A stretch of DNA of 64,000 nt, taken from Vulcanimicrobiota bacterium (lineage in GTDB: Bacteria; Vulcanimicrobiota; Vulcanimicrobiia; Eremiobacterales; Eremiobacteraceae). Position 1 is the first letter of the stretch, and every line of letters starts with the position of its first letter. Both the position numbers and the translations under genes were made by a program. Positions 39,160-48,031 of the stretch are shown here, piece by piece. The stretch is from assembly GCA_963805945.1 (NCBI GenBank), contig CAWDVP010000003.1:128001-192000 (forward strand), written 5' to 3'. Below the pieces are notes generated by a model. That model worked only from the letters and a program-made list of their open reading frames with translations, was not told the DNA's origin and searched no databases.

Positions 39160-40559
39160 AATCGCTCGCGGCGCGGCTGGCGGCGTGGTACGCCGTCATC
39201 TTCATCATCCTGCTCGCATTCGTCGTCGTCGTCTCGTCGATGACGCTGCTCTCCATGCTGCGGCGCGAGGGCCACAAGGTGCTTGACGCGCGCGCCAACG
39301 AGGTCATGATCCTCGGCAAGGCGCTGGGCTCGGATGAAGAAGCGCTGCGGCTCGTGGCGCCTGCGATCGCCGACGATTGGCAGAACTCCGCGGTGCGCGG
39401 CGCGATCTTCGACGACGAAGGGCATTTCATCGCCGGCGATGAGACGCTGACAGAGGCCGGCGCTGCATTCGTCAACACCAAACGCGAGCTCGCGCCGCCT
39501 CCCGGAGGTCCGCCTTTCGGTGGTGCGCCGCCGAACGGTCCACACGCGATCACCAAAGGACCGTATCGTTACCGTCCATATCCGGGCGGTTATCTCGTCT
39601 TTCGGCCCGGCTTCGATTTCTTGGTCTACAATCTCGGCCCGTATTGGCTGACGCTCGGCGCGGTGCTCGTCATCGCGCTGCTCATCGCATGGCTTGCGGG
39701 CAGAGTGTTGGCGCGCCAGGCGCTCACGCCCATCGTCCAGGTCACCGACGCGCTCGACAGCCTAGGCCGCGGCGATTTCTCTCGGCGCACCTCCGTGCAG
39801 GGCGAACCGACCGAGATCGACGCGCTGGCGGCGGCCTACAATTCAGCGGCCGAAAAGGTGGGCGCTGCGTTCGAGGAACGCCGCCGCACCGAAGAGATGA
39901 TGCGCCAGTTCTCGGCTGACGCCGGCCACGAGCTGCGCACGCCGCTCACCGTGATCTCGGGCTATGTCTCGGTGCTGCGCCGCGGCGCGGTCACCGAACC
40001 CAAGGTCGCCGATGAGATCCTCAAGACGATCGCCGCCGAAGGCGAACGGATGCGGCTGCTCATCGACAAGCTGCTCGCGCTCGCACGGCTCGACAGCATG
40101 CCGGTCGGCGAGACCGAGCTGTTCGACGCGGGGCGCGCCGTGCGCGAGGCCGCCGAAGGGTCGCGCATGCTCGCCGCCGAGGGCACGCTCCACATCGATG
40201 CCCAGGATGGACTGCAGGTGCGGGCATATCCCGACGAGCTGCGCGAGGCGGTGCGCAATCTCATCGAAAACGCTGCCAAGCACGCGGCCACGGCTCGCAT
40301 CGACATCAACGCCCGACGCGACGGCGACAAGGCGGTCATCGAGGTGAGCGACGACGGCCCTGGCATGCCGCCCGAGGAGCAGCAGCATGCTTTCGAACGC
40401 TTCTATCGCGGGGCGCTGCGAGGCAATGTCGCGGGTTCCGGTCTCGGCCTTGCCATCGTCAAGAAGGCGGTCGAACGCGTCGGCGGCAGCGTCGAGCTGC
40501 GGAGCGAGCAAGGCAAGGGCACGAAAGTGACCATGCGCCTGCCGCTCGCCCCGGCCTAG
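39156..40559 (+). CDS. HAMP-domain sensor histidine kinase
   Basis: Two TM helices; DAGHELRTPL; NLIENA; DDGPG; FERFYR; GSGLGL. Confidence 0.94.
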   Translation: MKSLAARLAAWYAVIFIILLAFVVVVSSMTLLSMLRREGHKVLDARANEVMILGKALGSDEEALRLVAPAIADDWQNSAVRGAIFDDEGHFIAGDETLTEAGAAFVNTKRELAPPPGGPPFGGAPPNGPHAITKGPYRYRPYPGGYLVFRPGFDFLVYNLGPYWLTLGAVLVIALLIAWLAGRVLARQALTPIVQVTDALDSLGRGDFSRRTSVQGEPTEIDALAAAYNSAAEKVGAAFEERRRTEEMMRQFSADAGHELRTPLTVISGYVSVLRRGAVTEPKVADEILKTIAAEGERMRLLIDKLLALARLDSMPVGETELFDAGRAVREAAEGSRMLAAEGTLHIDAQDGLQVRAYPDELREAVRNLIENAAKHAATARIDINARRDGDKAVIEVSDDGPGMPPEEQQHAFERFYRGALRGNVAGSGLGLAIVKKAVERVGGSVELRSEQGKGTKVTMRLPLAPA

Positions 40560-41899
40560 TGGCGGCGGATCAGCGGTAAGACTTCGGCGGTCGCCGGCGC
40601 GGTCGCGGTGCGCAACGCTTCGACGATCATGCGATCGTACTTGTCCGGCGTCAGCGCGTCGATCTCCTCAAGCGCTTCATCATGCGGGATCCCGGCGCCG
40701 TGCGGCCGCTTCGCGGTGAGCTCCACGTATTTCATCGCCACGCCGACGATGCGCGCCATCGGCGCGATCTCGTCGCCGCGCAGCCCGCGCGGATAGCCGC
40801 TGCCGTCCATCAACTCGCAATGCTGTTCGACGATGTCGGCGATGGGCCGGTAGTCGCGCCAGCGTGCGACGAGTCGCGCGCCGATCTCCACATGGCGCGG
40901 CGTGCGCTGGCCGGCGACGCTGAGCATGCCGACGTCGTGCAGCAGCGCGCCGCGGCGCAGCGTCTCCAATTCCGGCGGGGCGAGACCGAGCGCCACGCCG
41001 ATCGCCGATGCCGTCTGCGCGACCTGACGCGACCGGCCGCTGTCGACACCATCGCGGTAGTCGATAGCGAACGCGAGCGCCTCGATGAGGTCCCCGTTGA
41101 CCCGATCGAGCTGGCCGATCTTGTCGAAGAACGCGCCGTTCTCGTGTTCGAGCGCGGCGAGGTAGCGTTCCGAGCGCGCGCGCAGCGTGGAGTGCGCGAG
41201 GCGTATGACGACGAGCGGCACGCCGAAATACAGCAACGTCGTCCAGCGGCCGAGCGCGATGTCGTGGGCGAGCAGGTAACCGAGCGCGCACAGCGCGCCG
41301 AAAGCGAGCATGGCCCAACCCGCGATGCCGTCACCGGAGAGGGCGAGCGACGGCGGTCCGGTCTGACGCATGATGGCGGCGGGCGCGATCACCTCGACCA
41401 CGAACGCGATCACGCTGTACGCGAGCGCTGAGAGCAGCAGCGGCGCGCCGAACGCGGCGGCCGTGGTGGCGACGAGTCCGGCGATGAGCGGTCCGAACAC
41501 GCAGCCGGCGACGATATACGCGCCGTCGACGCCGGTCAAGCCGCGCGACGAGAGCAGACGCGCGCCGCCGCGCGCGAAACCGACGAGCACCGCGGCGGGC
41601 GTGCCGAAAAGCGCGAACGCGGCGACGACGATGGTGAGCGACGGTCCGACGACGCGCCCGCCCGAGCGCAGCATGTCGCCGGCGAAAAGTTCGAGCAGCA
41701 CGGCGCACACGACGAGCGCGGCCAACGCGTACGGCGAGTGCGATGCGGCGAGTCCGGCCCACAGCAAGGCGGATCCCGCGAGCGCGGCGACAGCGCGCGC
41801 CGCGAAGTCCGGCGACAGGGTCGTCGTCAAGCCGACCGGGCTCGCTTTCGCGAACGGATGCCGGACCAAAGACAACGGCTTGCGGCGTGTCTGGCTCAC
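40556..41899 (-). CDS. Membrane-bound HD-GYP domain protein
   Basis: Multi-TM N-terminus; LLHDVG; QHCE.MDGSGYP.GL.G..I...ARI. Confidence 0.85.
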   Translation of the reverse strand: MSQTRRKPLSLVRHPFAKASPVGLTTTLSPDFAARAVAALAGSALLWAGLAASHSPYALAALVVCAVLLELFAGDMLRSGGRVVGPSLTIVVAAFALFGTPAAVLVGFARGGARLLSSRGLTGVDGAYIVAGCVFGPLIAGLVATTAAAFGAPLLLSALAYSVIAFVVEVIAPAAIMRQTGPPSLALSGDGIAGWAMLAFGALCALGYLLAHDIALGRWTTLLYFGVPLVVIRLAHSTLRARSERYLAALEHENGAFFDKIGQLDRVNGDLIEALAFAIDYRDGVDSGRSRQVAQTASAIGVALGLAPPELETLRRGALLHDVGMLSVAGQRTPRHVEIGARLVARWRDYRPIADIVEQHCELMDGSGYPRGLRGDEIAPMARIVGVAMKYVELTAKRPHGAGIPHDEALEEIDALTPDKYDRMIVEALRTATAPATAEVLPLIRRH

Positions 41900-41904
41900 A
41901 AAGG

Positions 41905-41934
41905 TATGACCTTTCCGATGCGCGGAGCGTTACG
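41905..41934 (-). promoter_or_regulatory. Putative ECF-type promoter directly upstream of the HD-GYP gene
   Basis: Minus strand CGTAAC-N17-GGTCATA, ending 5 nt before the GTG start. Confidence 0.4.
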
Positions 41935-42024
41935 CCCGTAATGAATGCGCCAAAGGGCTTCGTTCTCTCTTGAGGAAGCGAAAACTGTGACCCCGGGCGG
42001 TCGGGAAGGTGAGGAGTAATCGGC

Positions 42025-42485
42025 ATGTCTAGCACAATGGGACGGATCGTACGGGGCGGCGCCATGCTGGCCCTTGCATTAGCGTCCTGGCTGCCGGTGC
42101 CGGCCGAAAGCGCCCAAGTGACGATCGACCTCAGCCTGGACCGCTACGCGAAAGTCACCCAGCTGAGCGCCGGAGGCTCGGTCGGCGTATCCCCGTGGTC
42201 GCGACCATCCATGTGGGCGACTCGGTGGTCTTCGTCAACGAGGACCAGAAATCGCATCATACCGCCACCGGGCTTACCGGGGCGGCCCGCTTCAGCGAGC
42301 CGCGCTGGAGCGACGCGATGCTCAAGCCCAACGGCAGCATCGGCCCCGGTGCCTGGAGCACAGGCGACCTCGCGCCGGGCGCCAGGTCGGCGCCGATCCA
42401 GGCCACCGCCGCGGGCACGTTCCTCTACGGCTGCTTCTTCGACTATTCCGCCGGAATGCGGGGGCAAATAATCGTAGAACCCTAG
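42025..42485 (+). CDS. Secreted cupredoxin-fold protein, frameshift near 42190
   Basis: GAGGAG RBS and signal peptide in one frame; IHVGDSVVFVNED..HHTAT...GTFLYGCFFDY..GMRG.IIV in the next. Confidence 0.7.
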
Positions 42486-42508
42486 CCTCGAGCAGGGAGG
42501 CTAAAGCC

Positions 42509-43909
42509 GTGGAATTTCGCGAGCCCATCGAACAGCTGATCCGCGACCCGCGCGACTTCACGCGCGACGTGAAGTTCCCGCCGTCGTCGGAGCTGCGCAT
42601 CTACGACACCTCGCTGCGCGACGGCGAGCAGATGTGCGGCATCGCCTACACGCCGGAGACGAAATACCAGATCTGCCGGCGGCTGTCCGACATCGGCGTC
42701 CACATCATGGACGTCGGCTTTCCGGCCGTGTCCGAAGACGAGCGGCGTTCGCTCCAGCTCATCATGCAGGGCAAGCGCAAGGGCGAGATCCGCGAGGACC
42801 TCGACGTCGTCGTCATGTGCCGCAGCACGAGCAAGGACATCGACGCGACGCTGAGCGCGCTCGAGGCGATCGACGTCGCGCCGAGCGCGGTGACGTTCTT
42901 CGTCTTCACCTCGGGCAGCGATCTGCACATGAAGTACAAGATCGGCAAGGCGCTGCTCGCGCGCGAAGGCAAGTCCGAGGCGGAGTGGCTCGACCTGCCG
43001 CTGTCGTTCTACCGCCAAGCGAACATCCGCATGCAATGCGACGCGATCGCGTACGCGCGCAAGGCCGGCGTGGAGCGCATCGAGTTCGGCGGCGAGGACG
43101 GCAGCCGCGGCGACGTTGATTATTTCATCGAGCTCTTCAAAGCAGGTCTCGCGGCCGGCGCGACCAGGCCTTCGTGGCCGGACACGGTCGGCTGTCTCAC
43201 GCCGGAGGCGACGCGCTGGCATTGCTCGCGCATCATCGAGGCGATGCCCAAAGGCATCACGCTGCTCAACCATTTCCACAACGACTACGGGCTGGGCACG
43301 ATCAACTGCATCACCTCGCTCGCCTGCGGCTGGAAGGCGTTCACCGTGACCGCCAACGGCTACGGAGAGCGCGCGGGCAACGTGCCGCTGCACCAGGTGG
43401 TCACCGCGCTCAAGGTGCTCTACGGGGTCGACATCCCCGGCTTCAAGTACGAGCAGCTCTGGGAACTGGCGCGTTTCATGGAGTCGGTGTCGGGATATCC
43501 GATCCAGGCGCACGAGCCGATCATCGGCGCGAACGTGTTCGCCCACGAATCCGGCATCCACACGCACGCCATGCTCATCGACCGCCGCATGTACGAGGCG
43601 GTGCCCGCAGAGCTCGTCGGCGGGCAGATGCACTTCGTGTACGGCAAGCACAGCGGGCTGTCGGTCATCGAGGCGGCGCTGAAGAAGAACGAGGCGCGCT
43701 TGGCGAAGGCAGGAGTCACCGTCGAGAGCGGGCTCGCGAAGAAAGTGCTCGATGAGGTCAAGCGGGTGCGCGAGGAGCGCGCCAAGAGCGGACGGACCAA
43801 AGAGATCATCGAGCAGTACTACGAGGGCATCAACGGTCTGGGTCTGACGGAAGCCGACGTGCTGACGATCGCGGAAGCGATCGGCGGCCGGCAGAAGGCG
43901 AGCGTCTAG
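42509..43909 (+). CDS. DRE-TIM metallolyase, isopropylmalate/homocitrate/citramalate synthase family, no C-terminal regulatory domain
   Basis: IYDTSLRDGEQ; PDTVG; HFHNDYG; NGYGERAGN; FAHESGIH; GKHSG. Confidence 0.88.
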   Translation: MEFREPIEQLIRDPRDFTRDVKFPPSSELRIYDTSLRDGEQMCGIAYTPETKYQICRRLSDIGVHIMDVGFPAVSEDERRSLQLIMQGKRKGEIREDLDVVVMCRSTSKDIDATLSALEAIDVAPSAVTFFVFTSGSDLHMKYKIGKALLAREGKSEAEWLDLPLSFYRQANIRMQCDAIAYARKAGVERIEFGGEDGSRGDVDYFIELFKAGLAAGATRPSWPDTVGCLTPEATRWHCSRIIEAMPKGITLLNHFHNDYGLGTINCITSLACGWKAFTVTANGYGERAGNVPLHQVVTALKVLYGVDIPGFKYEQLWELARFMESVSGYPIQAHEPIIGANVFAHESGIHTHAMLIDRRMYEAVPAELVGGQMHFVYGKHSGLSVIEAALKKNEARLAKAGVTVESGLAKKVLDEVKRVREERAKSGRTKEIIEQYYEGINGLGLTEADVLTIAEAIGGRQKASV

Positions 43910-43916
43910 GCCAGAA

Positions 43917-43942
43917 CCCGAGCTTCGCTCGGGGCGCTACAT
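43917..43942 (-). repeat. GTAG-type REP, second hairpin class
   Basis: Minus strand ATGTAGCGC-CCCGAGC-GAA-GCTCGGG; 16 nt are shared with 29053-29068. Confidence 0.6.
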
Positions 43943-43978
43943 ACGACAACAACCCCACGGCGGGAAAGACAGGACGAC

Positions 43979-44923
43979 ATGAAAGACAACAACGCACACG
44001 TCACGGCCGAATGGATCCGTCGGCCGCTTCCGGACCTCGGCGGCGTCGCGCCCGCCGATGCGGTCAACGACCCCGAGGCGCGACGCAGACTGGATGACCT
44101 GCTCATCGAACTGGCCGGCCACCACGTGCGCTTGGCCAACCTCGGCCTGCCGTCGGTCAATCCGGCGGACATCCGCAAGGGGCTCGGCATCGACGCGGTC
44201 GTCGTGGCCGCGCCGCGCGCTCCTACACGGGTGGTGCGACCGGGGCCGATCAAGCGCAACCAGCTGCTCGACGAGTTGGGCACTGCGCTCACCGGCGGCG
44301 ACGTCGACAGCGTCGCATACTTCAACACGAAGTCAAACGCCGTCGAGCACTTCATGCACAATCTCGGCGATCAGGAGAACGCGCGCATAGCCGAAGCCGA
44401 CGCCAACGCGGAGATGAAGAAGGTCGTGCCGGTGACCACAGAGGTCCGGTACGCGATCATGTCCGACTTCATCGGCCTGGTGGAGGACATCAACGTCGCC
44501 GGGCGGTTGCGCACGGCGATCTCGGGCAAGGGCGCGTTCAAACGCTTCCGCGAGGCGGTGGACGAAGACGACACGCTGCGGCGTCGATGGCTCGGCTATC
44601 GCACGAAGCGGCACTACCACCTCGCCCTCGACTGGCTGCATGCCAACGGATTCACGCCCGAAGGCATCAGCGGGAGCGACTACGATTGGGAGCCGCACGG
44701 GGAGACCAAAGCTGAGGCTGCGAGCGCCGCACCAGCACCCGCGAGTGAGACGACGCCGTCGGAGGCAACGTCAGTTCAGGCCGTCGCTGCAGAGCCGCCT
44801 GCTGCTGCCGTTGCGCCGGCTGCGCCGGAGACACAAGCGGATACCCCGGAGGCAAAAGCCGACACGCCGGAGGCCAAGGCCGCCGACGAGAGCGAAAAAG
44901 CCGCAGAAGTGACGGCTTCCTGA
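43979..44923 (+). CDS. UPF0158 family protein with an N-terminal MbcA/ParS-like segment and an acidic low-complexity tail
   Basis: Y.IM.DF...L..AISGKGAFKRFRE....RW...R.......WL; N-terminal W...P.P.LGG..P.DA. Confidence 0.75.
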   Translation: MKDNNAHVTAEWIRRPLPDLGGVAPADAVNDPEARRRLDDLLIELAGHHVRLANLGLPSVNPADIRKGLGIDAVVVAAPRAPTRVVRPGPIKRNQLLDELGTALTGGDVDSVAYFNTKSNAVEHFMHNLGDQENARIAEADANAEMKKVVPVTTEVRYAIMSDFIGLVEDINVAGRLRTAISGKGAFKRFREAVDEDDTLRRRWLGYRTKRHYHLALDWLHANGFTPEGISGSDYDWEPHGETKAEAASAAPAPASETTPSEATSVQAVAAEPPAAAVAPAAPETQADTPEAKADTPEAKAADESEKAAEVTAS

Positions 44924-44939
44924 TCCAAAGGCTCGTGGG

Positions 44940-45044
44940 AACACGAATAGGCGCGGATCCAAACTGTGGTCCGCGCCTCTCTTCGTTCCAATGGTGCCGG
45001 GTGCGCCTTATCCTTGGGGGACCGCACGAGCGTCACCCGGCTGC
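44940..45044 (-). ncRNA. Candidate ECF-dependent small RNA (~100 nt)
   Basis: Lies downstream of a TGTAAC-N16-CGTCTAA motif; two stems (44996-45041 and 44949-44978); no credible ORF. Confidence 0.4.
44949..44978. terminator. Likely bidirectional terminator hairpin
   Basis: AGGCGCGGA / TCCGCGCCT stem, extendable by GGAAC.CGAA / TTCGTTCC. Confidence 0.65.
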
Positions 45045-45047
45045 ATA

Positions 45048-45076
45048 TTAGACGGGGCAACCCCGGTTTTGTTACA
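45048..45076 (-). promoter_or_regulatory. Putative ECF-sigma promoter
   Basis: Minus strand TGTAAC-AAAACCGGGGTTGCCC-CGTCTAA. Confidence 0.55.
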
Positions 45077-45090
45077 ACCCTCAGGACGTC

Positions 45091-45135
45091 TGTAGGGGTC
45101 GATCTTTAGATCGACCCCCGACCTTTAGGTCGGCC
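45091..45135 (+). repeat. Tandem REP
   Basis: TGTAG-GGGTCGATC-TTTA-GATCGACCC followed by CCGACC-TTTA-GGTCGG. Confidence 0.88.
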
Positions 45136-45144
45136 TGTCCCGCG

Positions 45145-45975
45145 CTAGTCCACCGAGCCCCCGAGCGTGAGAAACACGCGGAACACCCGGAAAATCGTGA
45201 GGAAATCGTCCGCGCTATAGCGGACCGAGCGACTGCCGGTGCGTTCGCAGCCGGGCACGAGCTCGGCCATGTCGGCCTTCGAGGTCGTGGTGAGCGTGAG
45301 CTCGAGCGTGATGGGCGGCGCGAAACGATAGGGCGTGGCGCCGCTCTTGGGGAGATCGCGCAGCGCGCGCTCCATGCCGGCGCGCACCGCCGCGCGCGCC
45401 TCGAGCGGCGAGAGCGAATCCGCCGCATATCTGCCGATCGCCGTCTTCACCTCGACCGTCTGGACCCACGGCAGAAAACTGCGCGCATCGGCGCACGCGG
45501 TCTGATCGCCGGTCAACAGGATCACGGGAACGCCAAAGGAGCCGGCGACCGCGGCATTGATGCGCGCCTCGCTGCACGCCTCGCCGTTGATGCGGACCTC
45601 GTATAGCGTGCTCGGGCTGTAGCTATGGTCGAGCACGGCGTCGCGCGCGCCGATCGGCCCGTGGTAGCCTACGAACGCGGCGGCCTGGAACGACGCGTCA
45701 AGGCCCTGGTTCATCGAGAGCGGCTTGGGGCTGCCGCTGATGAGGCGCACGCTCGACGGGAGCTGTTCGTGGATGATGTTGCGCATGTTCCAATGGGAAT
45801 CGTTGACGAGGATCTGGCGCGCGCCCGCCGCGATCGCGCCTTCGCACGCGGCGTTGACCTCGCCCGTCATGAGCTCGCACGAGCGCGCGTACTCGGGCTC
45901 GCCGACCGGGTTCGTCTGCGCGAGGGCGGTGATGCCCGCGATGCCCTCCATGTCGGCCGAGATGTACACCTTCAT
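45145..45975 (-). CDS. dppA: M55 family D-aminopeptidase
   Basis: MKVYISADMEG; VNDSH; FVGYH; LDHSY; E...NA..AG; GD. Confidence 0.92.
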   Translation of the reverse strand: MKVYISADMEGIAGITALAQTNPVGEPEYARSCELMTGEVNAACEGAIAAGARQILVNDSHWNMRNIIHEQLPSSVRLISGSPKPLSMNQGLDASFQAAAFVGYHGPIGARDAVLDHSYSPSTLYEVRINGEACSEARINAAVAGSFGVPVILLTGDQTACADARSFLPWVQTVEVKTAIGRYAADSLSPLEARAAVRAGMERALRDLPKSGATPYRFAPPITLELTLTTTSKADMAELVPGCERTGSRSVRYSADDFLTIFRVFRVFLTLGGSVD

Positions 45976-46020
45976 AGGCCGCTCCTTCTTTGGATCGACG
46001 AGCCTCTCCCTATGTAGGCG

Positions 46021-46563
46021 GTGAGCGGCGCGAGGGTGAACTCACCCGGCGTGTCACTCGGCCAAATCGCGCGCTCGCAGCCGTCGGATCTGCTCACCAT
46101 CTCGGATCTCCAGTTGCTGTTCGCGCAGTTGAACCTCGAACATTTCAGCGGCGTCCTGCGCGCGCATCGCATCGAGTACAACACGCGGCTCACCACCGTC
46201 ACCGGGCGCATCTGCTATCGCCCGCCCGTCATCGAACTCTCGCAGCCGCTGCTCGCGCGCCATCCGCAGCACGTGCGCGCGACGCTGCTCCACGAGATGG
46301 TGCACGCGTGGCTGCACCAGCAAGGGCTGCCCTCCGGTCACGGCGCCGACTTCAAGGCGAAGATGCGCGAGGTCGGCCTCGACAGCATCTATCACAATCT
46401 TCCGGTGCAGCGCCGGCGCAGCGCCCGCCGCTACGTGCTCGAGTGCCGGCGCTGCCGCCTCGCGCTCATCCGCCGGCGCAAACCCGGCACGCGCGTCTCA
46501 TGCGCGCGCTGCTCGCCGCAGCGTTTCGATCCGCGCGTCGAGATGCTCGTCCGGGAGCTCTGA
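46021..46563 (+). CDS. SprT-like zinc metalloprotease domain protein
   Basis: TLLHEMVH; HG.DFK; C-terminal CxxC...CxxC zinc ribbon. Confidence 0.88.
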   Translation: MSGARVNSPGVSLGQIARSQPSDLLTISDLQLLFAQLNLEHFSGVLRAHRIEYNTRLTTVTGRICYRPPVIELSQPLLARHPQHVRATLLHEMVHAWLHQQGLPSGHGADFKAKMREVGLDSIYHNLPVQRRRSARRYVLECRRCRLALIRRRKPGTRVSCARCSPQRFDPRVEMLVREL

Positions 46564-46570
46564 CCGGGGC

Positions 46571-47146
46571 ATGCCCACCTACATCGTCGGCATCACCGGT
46601 GCGAGCGGCGCTATCCTCGGCGTGCGCGCGCTCGAAGTGCTCAAGAAGATCCCGGATACCACTGTGCATCTCGTCATGACCGCCCAGGCGAAGCGCACGC
46701 TCGAGCTGGAGACAGAAAGCCGGGTAGCGGACGTCGAGAGACTGGCGGACGTCGTACACGACGAGCGCAACCTGGCCGCCGCCATCTCGAGCGGGTCCTT
46801 CCGCACCGACGGGATGCTCGTCATACCGTGCTCCATCAAGAGCGCCGCTGCGATCGCCTACTCGCTCAACGACAACCTGCTCGTGCGTGCCGCGGACGTC
46901 TGCCTCAAAGAGCGCCGGCGCCTCGTGCTGTCGGTGCGCGAGACGCCGCTGCACCTCGGCCACCTGCGCACCTTGACGCGCTTGGCAGAGCTCGGCGCCA
47001 TCCTCGTTCCCCCGATCACGGGCTTCTATGCCAAGCCGAAGTCGATCGACGACGTCGTCAACCACGCGGTCGGCAAGGCGTTGGACGCATTGGGCATCCC
47101 AAATGAGCTGTTCGCTCGCTGGAAAGGCGAGACGAAACCCTCCTAG
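46571..47146 (+). CDS. ubiX: Flavin prenyltransferase
   Basis: IVGITGASG; A.ISSGS; PCS; RAADV.LKERR.LVL..RETP. Confidence 0.94.
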   Translation: MPTYIVGITGASGAILGVRALEVLKKIPDTTVHLVMTAQAKRTLELETESRVADVERLADVVHDERNLAAAISSGSFRTDGMLVIPCSIKSAAAIAYSLNDNLLVRAADVCLKERRRLVLSVRETPLHLGHLRTLTRLAELGAILVPPITGFYAKPKSIDDVVNHAVGKALDALGIPNELFARWKGETKPS

Positions 47147-47958
47147 CCGCGCGCGATGAGGACGATCGCCGCGGCCGCGACCGCGAGCGAGAGCCAGCGC
47201 ATGAGCGCGACCGCGTGCATGCGCGCCGCCAGCCGCGCGCCGACCTGCGCGCCGGCGATCGCTCCGATGGACAAGAACAGCGCCGGCAGGGGCACGATAT
47301 CGCCGTAGTACGCGTGGAAAAGCGAGCCTGAGGCTGCGGTGATCGCGATGATCACCTGCGACGTCCCGATCGCGATGTGCGCCGGGAAGTGGAAGAGATA
47401 GACCATCGCCGGCACCTGCACGATGCCGCCGCCGACGCCGAACAAGCTCGCCAAGAAGCCCGTGACCGCGGAGACCGCGATGCCCCCGGCGAGATTGAAG
47501 CGGTAGCTGTGGCGCACGCCGCTCGCGTCGACGAACTCGCGCGAAACCTCTCCCACGCCTGCGGCCGGCGGTGGCTCGCCGCTCGCGGTCGGCAGAGGCT
47601 TGGCGAAGAACGATCGCAGCGCCACAAGCACCAGCAGCACGCCGAATAGTATGCTGAAGAGATGGCGCGGCACATGTTGCGCGGCGTATGCCCCGAGCAT
47701 CGTGCCCGGGATGCCGGCCGCGGCGAAGATGAGGGCGGAGCGAAGATCGACGCGCCACTGCCGCAGGTACGACAGGGTTGACGACAGCGAATTGGCGAGC
47801 ACGACGACGAGCGACGTGCCGGCGGCGACGCGGCTCGGGTAGCCCAAGAACAGCAGCACCGGCACGATGAAGAAACCGCCCCCGACGCCCACCATGCTGC
47901 CGTAGGTGCCGATGAAGAAGCCGAAGACGATGAAGCCGACGGCTTCAAACCACGGCAT
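47143..47958 (-). CDS. Sulfite exporter TauE/SafE family membrane protein
   Basis: Duplicated GVGGG..VP motifs; A.GTS; about 8 TM helices. Confidence 0.9.
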   Translation of the reverse strand: MPWFEAVGFIVFGFFIGTYGSMVGVGGGFFIVPVLLFLGYPSRVAAGTSLVVVLANSLSSTLSYLRQWRVDLRSALIFAAAGIPGTMLGAYAAQHVPRHLFSILFGVLLVLVALRSFFAKPLPTASGEPPPAAGVGEVSREFVDASGVRHSYRFNLAGGIAVSAVTGFLASLFGVGGGIVQVPAMVYLFHFPAHIAIGTSQVIIAITAASGSLFHAYYGDIVPLPALFLSIGAIAGAQVGARLAARMHAVALMRWLSLAVAAAAIVLIARG

Positions 47959-48031
47959 GAAATACCGTCCGTCGCGCAAAACGCACTGGCGTGCCCATCG
48001 AACGTCCGTTGCCCGATTCGGGTTTGCCGTC

